A stretch of DNA of 63,000 nt, counting the filler. It is 3 parts of 3 records of this genome, joined end to end, with 100 filler letters (N's around TTAATTAATTAA, not from the genome) between each part and the next. Parts side by side here need not be neighbours in the genome. Positions count along the whole stretch, not along the records: positions 48,191 to 63,000 come from SRR20825019_1527; 2 more parts are not named here. One strand, written 5' to 3'. Positions 51,601-61,883 of the stretch are shown one piece after another. Numbering within the stretch: position 1 is the stretch's first letter; each line of letters starts with the position of its first letter. The notes below the pieces were generated by a model. The model saw only the letters and a list, made by a program, of their open reading frames with translations, did not search any database and was not told where the DNA came from. Both the position numbers and the translations under genes were made by a program.

Positions 51601-54461
51601 GTCCAGAGATATGAATAAGGGAAGACACCGCCAGAAACGGTAACATCAGCACTTCCATCCATTGCGTTGAAACAGCTAATATCTTGTCCATTGTAATCTG
51701 AAGTAATTGCCGCAAGAGCAGATAAAACAGGCGGTTGATTCAATGTGAATGTATCAATTAACTCACAGTTGTTTTGATCTAGAATTGAAACTATGTAGGT
51801 TCCAGACCCCAAGTTTCCAGCAAGAGAATCTGCATCGCCGTTCGACCAAGTATAAGTGTATGGTCCAACTCCACCAGTTACGGTCAATTCAATTGATCCT
51901 GTAGTGTCGCCAAAACAAAGGATTTCGGTAATGGAATCGGTCATTGACAGCGGCGCAATCGGCTGTGTAATCAGGAACGTTGCTGTATCTGTACAACCGT
52001 TAATGTCTGTCACCGTATCTGTATATGAACCAACACCAAGGTTAATTAAATCTTCTAATGTCACGCTATTCGACCAAGAGTAATCGTAAGGTGTTGTTCC
52101 ACCAGTAACGGAAACGTTAATTGCTCCTGTGGTGTCACCGAAACAAAGTACGTTGGTTACTACTGCTGTGATAATAAGAGAATCTGGCTGTACAAGCGTA
52201 ACACTGTCCATAACTTGACATCCATTACTATCTGTTACTGTGATTACATGCGTTCCAGCATCTAAACCACTGATACTCGTGGTAGTTTGAAGGCCAGGAG
52301 TCCACTCATACGTGTACGGAAGAATTCCACCGCCAGCAACTACATCAGCGCTACCGTCCAGTGCACCATAACAACTAATGTCTTGCCCGTTGTAATTGGA
52401 TGTGATAGAAGCCAACGCAGTAAGTATGGGTGGTTCTGCAATGGAGAAGGTGTCCGCGACTTCACAACCATATTGATCTGTAGCAATTACAGAATAAGTT
52501 CCAGCATTTAATCCGTTTGCTAACGAATCCATGTCGTTGTTTGACCAAACATAGGTGAACGGAGCATTTCCAATACCGCTAACATCTATGAAACCAACAC
52601 CTAGATTATAGCAGGAATCATCCTGTATGGCATTGAGTTGAAGGGTTGGATTATCTGAAATGAAAATTGTAGCTATTGAATCGGAGATACATTGAACGCC
52701 ATTGTATGTTACACTAAGAATGTAATCTCCACCATTTACCAATTGTGAATTTGGAATAGTTGGATTACTGCTCGTTGAGGTAAAGCCATTTGGTCCAGTC
52801 CAAGTGAAGTTAAGGAAGGTAGAATTCGGGAAATTCAGCCAGAGTTCTTCACCAACGCAAAGTGAGTCGGGGTGAGTAATTACCGTGTCGGGACAGGCGC
52901 TAACATCCACCACTACGATTCCACTTTCTAAAGATGGACATCCATTAATATCTAATTGATCAGATGCACCATTGTTTCCGTTAGTGATCCCTGAAATTTG
53001 ACCAGTTCCAAAGAGGTAGGCCCTATTTTCGAGGATTGGTCCACATTGCCAAACAGCGCAATCATTTGTTACTTGAACTTGAAATCGAAGAACGGTACTG
53101 TCTGCTCCCGTCGGTGAATTGACTACCGAGCCTCCAGTTGTTCCATTTGCGCCAGTTCCAATTCGGGCACGAATAACATTTGTTGCAGGTAAAAATTCTG
53201 CCTGATCTGAATCAATAGGATCCGTTTTTGGTCCAGTATTTGGACCGTACGTGATCGCAATTGTTCCAGGAATGTAGGTTAATCTGGCATCCAATGTGTC
53301 TGTTAAGAAAGTTCCGACGGATACATCCGAACCAATGTTTTTAGCGACAATTGTGTATTCCAAAATATCTCCTGGTGTTACAGTTCCGCCATTCAAATCG
53401 GTGTAGGAGACGGAAGCTCTGAGGTCAGGCTCGTAAATATCAATCGCGGAGGTAATTACACTCGTAAGTACTGTTTCAGATTGCGTAGAAACTCGAATGG
53501 CTGCATTTGTGGCTGCATTTCCAATATAGTTAAAGGTTGAATTGTTCGGAACGTAAATATTCGCATCGTGTCCTAAATTATTGTTATAACTAGGATTTCG
53601 AAGTGGGGTAAGTACTCCGTTATTGGAAATGGTACTATTAAAAACATTGTTCACTGGGTGCAATGCATCACTGATGTTTACGAATGTTCCAGTTCCATTA
53701 AACTCTAATTGATCTCCCGATTGTCCTCTGTCGCCATCATGGGCAACAACACCTAATTCGAAGTTTACCGCGCCAGTTGGTGGAGTAAGAAATCCGCTAA
53801 TCGCGATATCGACCGTTCCAGATACACCGGGACTAACGTTTGCTAATCCATCAAAAACAGTCAAGTTTCTCATCGATTGATAGATGTTATTGTAAACTAC
53901 AACAATCGTCCATCCACCAAACGTATTTGTACCAGTTCTTGCGACTACGTTTCCAACGCGATACGTTGAGTTAAGACCGTTCGCCTGAACAATATTGGTA
54001 ATATCCTTGAATCCGAAATAGGTAACTTTTCCTACTGTATTGTCCAAGAGTTCGTCGGCTGTTAAATTCTGATATGCTCCACCATCAACACTCAATCTTA
54101 CTTGATCTCTGCTCGCCCAGTTTGGAGTAGAAGAAGGTGTATTATTCAAAATCCCTGTCCAATAAAGTCCTGCCCAAGTAATTTCGCTACATGCTGGGAG
54201 GTTTAATTGATCACTGGATGACATGTATGTGGTTGGATCACTGTCGATATCCACGAAAGTCATTGAAAAGTTGTTGTTGTCACCCGTACCTCCAGGAGGC
54301 ATTTCGTTGTTTGCCGCACAATTACAACCAACTGCAGTATTCGCCAATTGAACCAAACCACCTTTTTGGTTTACTTGATATCGGATCGAAAACGGGTCAA
54401 TAATTTGTGAGAAGGAGAGGCATGAAGCCAAAAGGAAAGTAAGAAGAAGTGTAATTTTCAT
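48696..54461 (-). CDS. T9SS type B (gliding-motility CTD) surface protein with a DUF11-like domain and ~16 SprB repeats
   Basis: Signal peptide; GDILEYTI (DUF11-like); repeats of C-x-G-x3-G-I-x-GGT-PY-Y-WS-G...L-G-Y-V-VTD-N-C; C-terminal PNVFTPNGDG...NRWG...WDG...GVYF...LIR. Confidence 0.92.
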   Translation of the reverse strand: MKITLLLTFLLASCLSFSQIIDPFSIRYQVNQKGGLVQLANTAVGCNCAANNEMPPGGTGDNNNFSMTFVDIDSDPTTYMSSSDQLNLPACSEITWAGLYWTGILNNTPSSTPNWASRDQVRLSVDGGAYQNLTADELLDNTVGKVTYFGFKDITNIVQANGLNSTYRVGNVVARTGTNTFGGWTIVVVYNNIYQSMRNLTVFDGLANVSPGVSGTVDIAISGFLTPPTGAVNFELGVVAHDGDRGQSGDQLEFNGTGTFVNISDALHPVNNVFNSTISNNGVLTPLRNPSYNNNLGHDANIYVPNNSTFNYIGNAATNAAIRVSTQSETVLTSVITSAIDIYEPDLRASVSYTDLNGGTVTPGDILEYTIVAKNIGSDVSVGTFLTDTLDARLTYIPGTIAITYGPNTGPKTDPIDSDQAEFLPATNVIRARIGTGANGTTGGSVVNSPTGADSTVLRFQVQVTNDCAVWQCGPILENRAYLFGTGQISGITNGNNGASDQLDINGCPSLESGIVVVDVSACPDTVITHPDSLCVGEELWLNFPNSTFLNFTWTGPNGFTSTSSNPTIPNSQLVNGGDYILSVTYNGVQCISDSIATIFISDNPTLQLNAIQDDSCYNLGVGFIDVSGIGNAPFTYVWSNNDMDSLANGLNAGTYSVIATDQYGCEVADTFSIAEPPILTALASITSNYNGQDISCYGALDGSADVVAGGGILPYTYEWTPGLQTTTSISGLDAGTHVITVTDSNGCQVMDSVTLVQPDSLIITAVVTNVLCFGDTTGAINVSVTGGTTPYDYSWSNSVTLEDLINLGVGSYTDTVTDINGCTDTATFLITQPIAPLSMTDSITEILCFGDTTGSIELTVTGGVGPYTYTWSNGDADSLAGNLGSGTYIVSILDQNNCELIDTFTLNQPPVLSALAAITSDYNGQDISCFNAMDGSADVTVSGGVFPYSYLWTPGLQITDSITNLDAGTHVVTVTDSNGCIAMDSVTLVQPDTISITAVVSDILCYSDTTGAIDATITGGTAPYTYSWSNGITLEDLIDLGAGTYTDTVTDVNGCMNIASFVVNQPLDSMTITAVTTEILCFDDSTATLDLTVTGGVAPYTYLWSNGETTEDLTGLGAGSYTVVVSDSNNCNQSFVVDINQPTPLLLTETHINPVCQNGTQGSIDLTVSGGTPGYTYSWNNGQFTQDINNLFAGLYFVTVVDTNGCVDTLSIAVTDPDAILISDVHTDVLCYSDSTGAIDISLTNGTPGYVYDWSNGATTQDLTNIPAGPYFVNVVDTNGCGGFMSFVIDQPDTALYISSNSKVDILCFNDSIGEIDIEVAGGTAPYTYLWSGGEITQDIQNLGEGIYSVVVTDDNMCQVSFVDTIFQPTELILTETHVNILCFGDSTGSIDVTTTGGVQPYSYLWNTGDVTEDLTGIPLGTYSLTVVDTNNCVDTISIVITQPTAPLNLSSTQVAVLCFGGDNGSIDLSVTGGTPGYSYSWNTGDTLQDLDSLLSGSYTVIVTDTNGCIDSLTAVIAQPAAPISITGIKTPTCYGDTIGALDITVTGGTGPYTYLWSNGETTQDLQDLGPGIYTVTVTDDNLCELTYTDTILQPTEIILTETHVDVLCFGAATGSIDVTATGGVQPYSYLWSNSSTNQDLVNITAGTYALVVTDADNCTDTISAVITQPLAPIDITTSMLPVLCNGGNNGSIDATVTGGTPGYTYLWNTGDTVLTIDTLFAGIYTLVVTDTNGCTASLATVVNEPADPISLTAFSSPICFGDSSGIATVNATGGTPGYTYLWNNGGTDTLITGLPVGTYSVVVMDANGCTNSISVDVSIQNEAAGCVVITMPNVFTPNGDGANEFFIPIEILSIRDYNLIILNRWGNVVFETIDFKQGWDGTTPNGNDVSEGVYFWKITYVDVYNKSGELHGNVTLIRD

Positions 54462-54754
54462 AGTTCAGTCATTCAAGTTGGAGAGCCGAGAATTAGTAGC
54501 CTTGACTTCTTAAAGACGTTGATTATCAATTACAAGTTGTACAACGTTCGGAAAAAATCGAAATGCGTTGGACAATATAGGCTTTTAATTGAAGGAATTG
54601 AAAAAAAAGATGAGTTGAGCTTTTCGCTCGTCGCGTTTGAACTCTATCACGACTAAATTGTAGTGGAATAATTTGTTGACTTGAATATGGTTTGACTGTG
54701 TGAACTAAGAAGACAGTGTACATTGTTGTATTTAACTGCCCATTAGAGAGGTGG

Positions 54755-54789
54755 AAAAATCCCCTCAAGGATGAATCGATGAGGGGATT
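54755..54789 (-). terminator. Intrinsic terminator
   Basis: AATCCCCTCA...TGAGGGGATT inverted repeat with a T-tract on the minus strand. Confidence 0.7.
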
Positions 54790-54799
54790 ATTGCTTGAC

Positions 54800-55285
54800 T
54801 TATTTTTTAAAAAGGTTGTTTATCGTATTCGACCAGTTTTCAATTACTTGGAGTTCTCCATTGAGTTGGGGAGCGTTATGTGCGTTGAAAAACTCTAAAT
54901 TGATAGGGGATTTGCTTTTATCGCGAGGAGTAAAGCAGAGATCCAAGCGCTCAATTATTTTCTGATCTCCATCTTTGTCGCTAACCGTTCTATTCGTATT
55001 TATGACTTTGCAACTTTCGATTTCTGAGAGATCAATAAACTTCTCACTGATTTGCCCTTTGATTTTTTGGTAGAAGTACACAAACTTGTTCGTTTCATCC
55101 ACTCCAATGGCAAAATGCCCGTGAAGTTCGTGTTGACTAATTTGACTATTGTGTCGAGTGGCGTTGCTCGTCAAGTAGAGCAACGTTTCTAGATCATTTT
55201 TTTTTCTGCTGCGATTCATGAGTACAAAAGGTAGAATACAAACTACTGCACAAACAGCACCAATGATGGCGGTTCCTAAATCCAT
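54800..55285 (-). CDS. Hypothetical protein with an N-terminal membrane anchor
   Basis: 161-aa ORF with an N-terminal hydrophobic helix. Confidence 0.75.
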   Translation of the reverse strand: MDLGTAIIGAVCAVVCILPFVLMNRSRKKNDLETLLYLTSNATRHNSQISQHELHGHFAIGVDETNKFVYFYQKIKGQISEKFIDLSEIESCKVINTNRTVSDKDGDQKIIERLDLCFTPRDKSKSPINLEFFNAHNAPQLNGELQVIENWSNTINNLFKK

Positions 55286-55385
55286 TTTTAAGCGTATTAT
55301 AATTTGATTAAATGATAGGGCGATGTTTATCTACAACGCCGAAAGATTTTTTGTCATTTTGAAATATGACGAAGCTTAAAATGGA

Positions 55386-55757
55386 CTACCAGAAATAATG
55401 CGAAGGGAAAATGAGCGCTTTTTTCCGTTTGAGAATCAGAAAGTCATCGAAAAAACGACCATACTGAATGAACCTAGTGCGAATTAATTTCTCTGTTAAT
55501 TGGAGATCGACCCAAAGATTGCTAGACGGATACTTGAGACTAGTAAAACCGAGGTTACTAATGCTCGTAAACGATAAATCGGAACTGACCGTATGAGATG
55601 AAACGTGCGAAGAAGCAACGGAAAAATATGCGTCCTCCGTCGTCGTCTCTGTTTGGTTCTTTTTCGAAAAGTTGAGCGACGGAACAGCAGTGCTAATCCC
55701 GAAATAGTAAATCGCAGTTAACAGAAATACACCAAAAATTCGCAAGCTACTTTTCAC
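55386..55757 (-). CDS. Hypothetical protein
   Basis: 123-aa ORF with a hydrophobic N-terminus, ending IFPSHYFW; TACATTTG promoter at 55775-55782. Confidence 0.6.
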   Translation of the reverse strand: MKSSLRIFGVFLLTAIYYFGISTAVPSLNFSKKNQTETTTEDAYFSVASSHVSSHTVSSDLSFTSISNLGFTSLKYPSSNLWVDLQLTEKLIRTRFIQYGRFFDDFLILKRKKALIFPSHYFW

Positions 55758-55923
55758 AATAATTCGATAAAGAGCAAATGTAGTAAAGCGGCTGAATTAC
55801 ACGATTAAATTTTGGCGAAAAATCAAAAAATGTTGTGATGTTTTAACGTGTCTAAAACAAAGTTCAACCGCACTGATTAAAAGTGTTTTATGGGTCAATT
55901 CGCAAAATCAATAAACCTTTCGC

Positions 55924-57255
55924 CTATTTAATGAGCTCTTGAAAGTCTCCAGTTGTTAAACGAAGGTCCATTTCTGCAATTTTTTGTTCTAATTGTGCCT
56001 TGAAATAGCGAGTGTTTGAAGCGATAATACTGAATTGGAATTCCCGCAATTCAAGATCGGTAATTGCTCCTGCAGCGTATGCTTTTTGAGCGATTTCAAA
56101 ATTAAGTCCAGCTTGAGCGATATTATTCTGCTCTAGCGAAAGGTTCCGCACCGTCCATAAATACGTATCGTACGATTTTTGTAATTCCGAAGCAATAAAC
56201 AACTCCTGATCTTTCAACTCAAGTTCAGCATTTTCGGAGTTCAAATGAGCGTTCTTCAACCCGCTGTATGTCGACAGATTATTGAGGATATTCCATGAAA
56301 GAGAAAGTCCAACTCCAGGTCCAACAGCGCGATTGGAATTTAAAATCCCAACTTGACTTTCGGAGCGCGAATAAACGTATTGAGCATAAAAACTAATCTG
56401 CGGAAAATAATTCGATCGAACTTCTTTTTGCTCCTGATCGCGGATGGCAATATTCGCCTTGTTGACCAAGATACTCGTGTTTTGAGCGATGGCTTTTGAC
56501 CTCAACGATTCCCAATTGATTGGTTCCATTCCCGATAAACTGCCTTGTGCGATAAATCCTTCACCTGGATTTTTACCAAGCAGATAATAAATGCCTGTCT
56601 TTGACGCTTCAATGAGGTTTCTGTTTTCGAGAAACACAGAACTGTCGGCATATAAATCTAACCGTGATTGAATTAATTGAATCTCAGAAGATGATCCGAG
56701 AGACTCTTTTTGTTGCTGCTGAAGGTAACGAGCGTTGCTGAGGTCTAAACTTTTTTGGTAAATCGAGTCCAATTCCTGAAGCTGCAAAAGCGTATAGAAC
56801 TGAACGGAAGCCTGATATATTTTCATCTCCATCTCGGCGGTGAGTCTCATTGTAGCGAGATCTTCCTGAAGATTCAAGCGTTTATCAATGGCGAACATTT
56901 TGAATCCATCAAAAAATGTCCAATTCAACATCGCCGAAGCACTCGTAGAATTACTTTTAGCTGCATTTGCCTGATTCACCGCTCCAGAAAAAAACGTTTG
57001 CTCGGTATTGTAAGCACTTCGGTAGTGATCTGCATTAATGGTGATTGTCGGCAAATATCCTTTTGCGCCAGCATTATTATTGTTTTCGGCAATTACGACT
57101 TCATTCTTAAGGAGTTTGATTCCGTAATTTGATTCCAGCACCTCGCCAATTAGGCGATCGATTGTATACGCCTCTTGTCCGAAACTCGTGTGAGAGCCAA
57201 TTACAATGGCTAACAAGAGGAGGAGTGGTGAAAATTTCAATTTAGTATGTAACAT
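55924..57255 (-). CDS. TolC family outer membrane efflux protein
   Basis: Signal peptide; two OEP repeats (YLPTI...WTFFDG and YFPQI...WNI). Confidence 0.9.
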   Translation of the reverse strand: MLHTKLKFSPLLLLLAIVIGSHTSFGQEAYTIDRLIGEVLESNYGIKLLKNEVVIAENNNNAGAKGYLPTITINADHYRSAYNTEQTFFSGAVNQANAAKSNSTSASAMLNWTFFDGFKMFAIDKRLNLQEDLATMRLTAEMEMKIYQASVQFYTLLQLQELDSIYQKSLDLSNARYLQQQQKESLGSSSEIQLIQSRLDLYADSSVFLENRNLIEASKTGIYYLLGKNPGEGFIAQGSLSGMEPINWESLRSKAIAQNTSILVNKANIAIRDQEQKEVRSNYFPQISFYAQYVYSRSESQVGILNSNRAVGPGVGLSLSWNILNNLSTYSGLKNAHLNSENAELELKDQELFIASELQKSYDTYLWTVRNLSLEQNNIAQAGLNFEIAQKAYAAGAITDLELREFQFSIIASNTRYFKAQLEQKIAEMDLRLTTGDFQELIK

Positions 57256-60200
57256 TTTTTTCTTTAATCTTTTTCGACGTAATGTAAATGTAGAGCCCTG
57301 GAATAACGAACAGCGTTAGAATAAGCGAAAATGCCAATCCACCGACGATTGAAATTCCCATTGGAATTCGACTAGTAGAAGCATCTCCTAACGCCAATGC
57401 AATCGGAAGTGCTCCAAGAATCGTTGCGAGCGAAGTCATCAAAATAGGTCTGAAACGTTGAGAAGCTGCATCAATAATTGCTTCTTTCACACTTAATCCC
57501 TGTTGTTTCCGCTGATTGGCAAACTCTACGATCAAAATTCCATTTTTGGTAACCAATCCTACTAAGACAATTATCCCGATCTCCGAGAAAATATTAAGCG
57601 TTTGGTCGAACATCCAAAGAGAAAGAACCGCTCCCGCCAATGCAAGAGGAACCGTAAACATGATGATCAAGGGATCAGCGAAGCTTTCAAATTGAGCAGC
57701 GAGGACGAGATACACCAATATCAATGCGAGTAGGAAGGCGAAAACCAAACTACTTCCACTTTCAGAAAACTCTTTTGAAGTTCCCGAAAGCGAGGTTGAA
57801 AACCCTTCTGGTAACACTTCCTTTGCTATTTCGTTCATTGCATCGATTCCATTCCCGATGGTCATTCCGTCCGCAGGATCCGCAGAAACAGTAGCAGAAA
57901 CGTAGCGATTGTATCGGTACAACTGGGGCGGACTTGATTCTTCCACTACATCTACCACGTTATCAATAGGAATTAACATTCCATCTTTATTTCTCACGTG
58001 AATTTCTTTCAGATCGGCTGGTTCATCGCGTTTTTCTTTGGCTGCCTGACCGATCACATCGTATTGCTTTCCATCTTTAATGAAATAACCAAATCGCTGT
58101 CCAGAGAAATAAAGCTGCATGGTCTCCGCCACGTCGATTACATTCACGCCCATTAAACTCGCTTTCTCGCGGTTAATAACGACTTGTAATTCCGGTTTAT
58201 TGAACTTCAAATCAACGTCCACTACTTTGAACGTGGGGTTTTCTGAAGCTTTCTGCATGAATTGAGGAAGAATTTCCTTCATCTTTTCCAAGTTAGGCGC
58301 TTGGAGCACAAACTGAACAGGAAGTCCAGCGCCGCGTCCTCCACCTATAGTTTGTTCTTGGACAATAAATGAACGTGCAAAATTGTTTTCTGCGAGTTTT
58401 GGCATCAAGGCATCAACGACCTCTTGTTGGGAACGAGTTCGTTCACTTTTCGGCTTCAGCGTTACTCGCACAAATCCAGTGTTTACAGAAATGGATGAAC
58501 CAAAACCCGGAGAAGTCACCGAAAGCAACGATTCCGTTTCAGGTAATGTATCAGTTAAATTGATGATCTGCTGCTGATACTCGTCCATTCTGTCGTAGGA
58601 AGTTCCTTCGGGTGCGCTAGACACAATTCTTATTCTTCCTTTGTCTTCCAAAGGAGCAAGTTCGGATTGCAAAGTGCTTCCGAGTCCAAAAATGAGGTAA
58701 ATGGAAACTCCCATTAATAGGAAAGACAACCACGCTCGACGCATGAAGCGCGTGAGCAGTTTACGGTAACCAGAGATCAGTCCAACAAAGAATTTTTCTG
58801 TTGCGCGGTAAAGGAAATTATGCTTTTCTGATTTCTTGAGGAGTTTGGAACTCATCATTGGTGTGAGCGTGAGGGAAATGAAGGCGGAAATGACCACCGA
58901 ACCTGCAACTACCACTCCAAATTCTCTGAATAATCGACCTGTTAATCCTTCGAGGAAAATTACAGGAAGAAATACCGCTGTAAGCGTAATGGTCGTTGAA
59001 ATAACGGCGAAGATAATTTCCTTTGAACCACGGTGCGCGGCTTCCTTCGGATTCATTCCATCTTCCACTTTTGTATAAATGTTCTCCATTACAACAATGG
59101 CATCATCGACCACTAATCCGGTTGCTAAAACGATCGCCAAGAGGGTTAGGATATTGATTGAAAATCCTGAGATGTACATGACGAAAAAGGAGGCGATCAA
59201 TGAAATTGGAATGGCAATGATTGGAATGAGTGTTGTACGCCAATCGCGCAAGAAAAGAAATATGATGAGGACCACGAGTCCAAAAGCAATTAACACGGTT
59301 TCTTCTACTTCAGAAATAGCCTTTCGGATGTTGATTGTTGAATCGAGTGCGACACCCAATTCGATGTCATCTGGAAGGTCTTTTTTGATTTCTTCTACTT
59401 TCTTGTAAATCTCGTCAACGATCTCTATGTAATTGGAGCCAGGTTGTGGATTTACAGCGATTCCTATCATTGGAATTCCGTGGTTTCCACGAAGTAAGGT
59501 ACGCTCGTTTTGGGGAGCAAGTGTTGCCTCTCCAACGTCTTTTAACTTTATAATTTGGTCTCCAACGTTGGCGATTATCAAATTGTTGAAGTCTGCTTCC
59601 TCTGTTAATCGACCGAATGTTCTGATGGTTAATTCAACATTGTCTCCTTCAATTCTTCCTGAGGGAAGTTCGACGTTTTGTGCGGTTAAGGCATTTCTAA
59701 CGTCTCTTGCTGTTAAACCGTATCCCGCTAGTTTTTGAGGATTGAGATTCAACTTCATGGAGTACAATTTCTCTCCCCAGATTCTGATTTCACTGATTCC
59801 TTTAATTGTTTGCAGTCGTTCTTTAAAGACGTTCGTTCCTAAATCTGTTAATTGAAGCAGGGTTCGTTTATCGCTTTGAACGGTGAGTGAAAAAATGGTT
59901 TCGGCATCCGCGTCAGATTTTGCAACAATCGGTGGGTCGGCATTTTCTGGCAATTTCCGAACGGCACCAGAAACTTTATCACGAACGTCATTAGCGGCTG
60001 CGTCCAAATCGAGTGAAAGGTCGAATTCGACAGTAATTGTACTTCTTCCGTCGGAGCTTACAGAACTCATAGTTCGAATTCCTGCAACACCGTTAATGGA
60101 TTCTTCCAGCGGCTCTGTAATTTGCGATTCAATTACATCGGCGTTGGCACCAGTATAATTTGTGGTGACTGTAATAATTGGAGGATCAACTGAAGGAAAC

Positions 60201-60307
60201 TCTCGAACTCCCAAATAATTGAATCCAATCACTCCAAAAATCACAACAATGATCGAAAGAACTGTTGCGAGGACAGGGCGATTGATGGATAGTGATGCTA
60301 TATTCAT
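57242..60307 (-). CDS. RND efflux permease (AcrB/AcrD/AcrF family)
   Basis: 1021 aa; GLVVDDAIVVMEN, KNGILIVEFA and RFRPILMT motifs. Confidence 0.95.
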   Translation of the reverse strand: MNIASLSINRPVLATVLSIIVVIFGVIGFNYLGVREFPSVDPPIITVTTNYTGANADVIESQITEPLEESINGVAGIRTMSSVSSDGRSTITVEFDLSLDLDAAANDVRDKVSGAVRKLPENADPPIVAKSDADAETIFSLTVQSDKRTLLQLTDLGTNVFKERLQTIKGISEIRIWGEKLYSMKLNLNPQKLAGYGLTARDVRNALTAQNVELPSGRIEGDNVELTIRTFGRLTEEADFNNLIIANVGDQIIKLKDVGEATLAPQNERTLLRGNHGIPMIGIAVNPQPGSNYIEIVDEIYKKVEEIKKDLPDDIELGVALDSTINIRKAISEVEETVLIAFGLVVLIIFLFLRDWRTTLIPIIAIPISLIASFFVMYISGFSINILTLLAIVLATGLVVDDAIVVMENIYTKVEDGMNPKEAAHRGSKEIIFAVISTTITLTAVFLPVIFLEGLTGRLFREFGVVVAGSVVISAFISLTLTPMMSSKLLKKSEKHNFLYRATEKFFVGLISGYRKLLTRFMRRAWLSFLLMGVSIYLIFGLGSTLQSELAPLEDKGRIRIVSSAPEGTSYDRMDEYQQQIINLTDTLPETESLLSVTSPGFGSSISVNTGFVRVTLKPKSERTRSQQEVVDALMPKLAENNFARSFIVQEQTIGGGRGAGLPVQFVLQAPNLEKMKEILPQFMQKASENPTFKVVDVDLKFNKPELQVVINREKASLMGVNVIDVAETMQLYFSGQRFGYFIKDGKQYDVIGQAAKEKRDEPADLKEIHVRNKDGMLIPIDNVVDVVEESSPPQLYRYNRYVSATVSADPADGMTIGNGIDAMNEIAKEVLPEGFSTSLSGTSKEFSESGSSLVFAFLLALILVYLVLAAQFESFADPLIIMFTVPLALAGAVLSLWMFDQTLNIFSEIGIIVLVGLVTKNGILIVEFANQRKQQGLSVKEAIIDAASQRFRPILMTSLATILGALPIALALGDASTSRIPMGISIVGGLAFSLILTLFVIPGLYIYITSKKIKEKNVTY

Positions 60308-61326
60308 TTAGTAACGCTTTTAATGTTAACAGGCATTCCAGCTCTAACAGCAAGCAATCCAGAAATTAGTAATTGATCTCCTGTTTTGATTTCACCTTTG
60401 ATCTCCACTTTATCTGCCGTACGAATTCCCGTTTGAACTTTCACCTCGGCTACTTTTCCTTCTCTAATAACATAAATTTTCTGTCCCTTGAGAATAGGAA
60501 TAATGCTTTCGGCTGGAACCATAAATACATTGAGCTCATCACCTAGATTGACACGCACTTGCACGAATGAACCTGGGAATAGCTGCTGTGTATTTTGCAT
60601 GAGTGCCCGCGTTTTCAACATTCTCGTTCCTTCATCAATGGAAGGTTCAAAAGCGTACACTGCCGCGTGATAAATAGTCGAATCTTTTTCTCTATTAAAG
60701 GTGATATCCTGTCCAACTTTGAGAAGAGGGGCGTACATTTCAGGAATGGAGAACTCAATTTTAACTGGATTTGTTTGAATGAGCTTTGCAATGGGAGTTG
60801 TAGCAGAAATTACAGCTCCTTCACTTATTTGTCGCAGTCCGATTGTACCAGAGAATGGAGCCCGAACGGTTGCTTTAGAAATTTGGGTGTCAATGAGTCC
60901 GATTTGTGCCTGGATAGAAGCTAATGCAGACGCGGATTTTTCAAATTCTTCGGTAGAAATAGCCTTCACATTCAGCAATTCCTTTTTTCGCTTTTCGTCT
61001 TTTTCTGCGAGCGCCAAATCTACTGCCAACTGTCTCCGCTGTGCTTTAAGAATATCGGTATCCACAGTTAAAAGCGTTTGTCCCTTCGTTACTTTTTGTC
61101 CTTCGGTGAACATAATTTTATCGACACGTCCACTTACTTCACTGAAGAGCATTATTTCTTCGGAAGGAATAACAGACCCTGGCACGTCAATAATTCTGGT
61201 GATCTTTTGAGGAGTTAACTCAAAAACATCCACTTTTGGAGTTGGTCTTGCACCCGTCTGTGCGTCCTCTTTATTTTCGGAACAGCCAACTAAACCGAGA
61301 ATGGCGAGTAAAATAACTTTTTTCAT
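60304..61326 (-). CDS. RND periplasmic adaptor (MFP) lipoprotein
   Basis: Lipobox LVGC; SEVSG, RAPFSG and PGSF motifs. Confidence 0.93.
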   Translation of the reverse strand: MKKVILLAILGLVGCSENKEDAQTGARPTPKVDVFELTPQKITRIIDVPGSVIPSEEIMLFSEVSGRVDKIMFTEGQKVTKGQTLLTVDTDILKAQRRQLAVDLALAEKDEKRKKELLNVKAISTEEFEKSASALASIQAQIGLIDTQISKATVRAPFSGTIGLRQISEGAVISATTPIAKLIQTNPVKIEFSIPEMYAPLLKVGQDITFNREKDSTIYHAAVYAFEPSIDEGTRMLKTRALMQNTQQLFPGSFVQVRVNLGDELNVFMVPAESIIPILKGQKIYVIREGKVAEVKVQTGIRTADKVEIKGEIKTGDQLLISGLLAVRAGMPVNIKSVTK

Positions 61327-61330
61327 ATTC

Positions 61331-61777
61331 TTAAAATTCTTGTTGTGGTTGAACGGGATACTCCATTACAGAGTCCGTCATGAGTAATAGACTATCGATA
61401 AACTGGAGTCGTTGGTCTTCTGGAAGAAAAGCTAAAAAAACATCGTTGACTTCAGTAATGCATTGACGCGTATATTCAGCCCATTTTTCACCTTCTTCCG
61501 TCACTTTCAGCAAATAACCTCTGCGATCTGTTGGGTTTACCTCACGGAGAATCATTCCATTTTCACTCAAAGTATCAATGACTCGCACCATCGTTGCTTT
61601 GTCGATTAGTAGTATTTCACCAAGTTGACACTGATTTATTTCTCCGTGATTTCTTGCGATTACATGAAAGGGAACAAAATATTTTTCAATTGGTGTCCCT
61701 TCCATTTTGACTGAAAGCGCACCTGTGTACCTTTTGAAGAGCACTGAAAAACATTTTCCTAGGGATAAAAATTCCAT
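61331..61777 (-). CDS. MarR family transcriptional regulator
   Basis: DKATMVRVIDTL...G.I.R..NPTDRR..L..TEEG; TAGTTTTG promoter at 61797-61804. Confidence 0.9.
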   Translation of the reverse strand: MEFLSLGKCFSVLFKRYTGALSVKMEGTPIEKYFVPFHVIARNHGEINQCQLGEILLIDKATMVRVIDTLSENGMILREVNPTDRRGYLLKVTEEGEKWAEYTRQCITEVNDVFLAFLPEDQRLQFIDSLLLMTDSVMEYPVQPQQEF

Positions 61778-61883
61778 TCTGTTGAATATTAGTTCGCAAA
61801 ACTAACTATTTATCTTACCAATAAAATACATGGTAGATAATTATAGATTTTTTAACATTTCGAGAAATAAGATATACTAAAGT

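Noticed and set aside
49000-52700. CRISPR array or DGR-type repeats
   Set aside because: The repeats are degenerate, in-frame SprB protein repeats; no cas or reverse transcriptase gene is in the window.
61810-61840. MarR operator (TTATCTTACCA...TGGTAGATAA)
   Set aside because: Plausibly placed over the promoter, but imperfect and in AT-rich DNA, so too weak to call.
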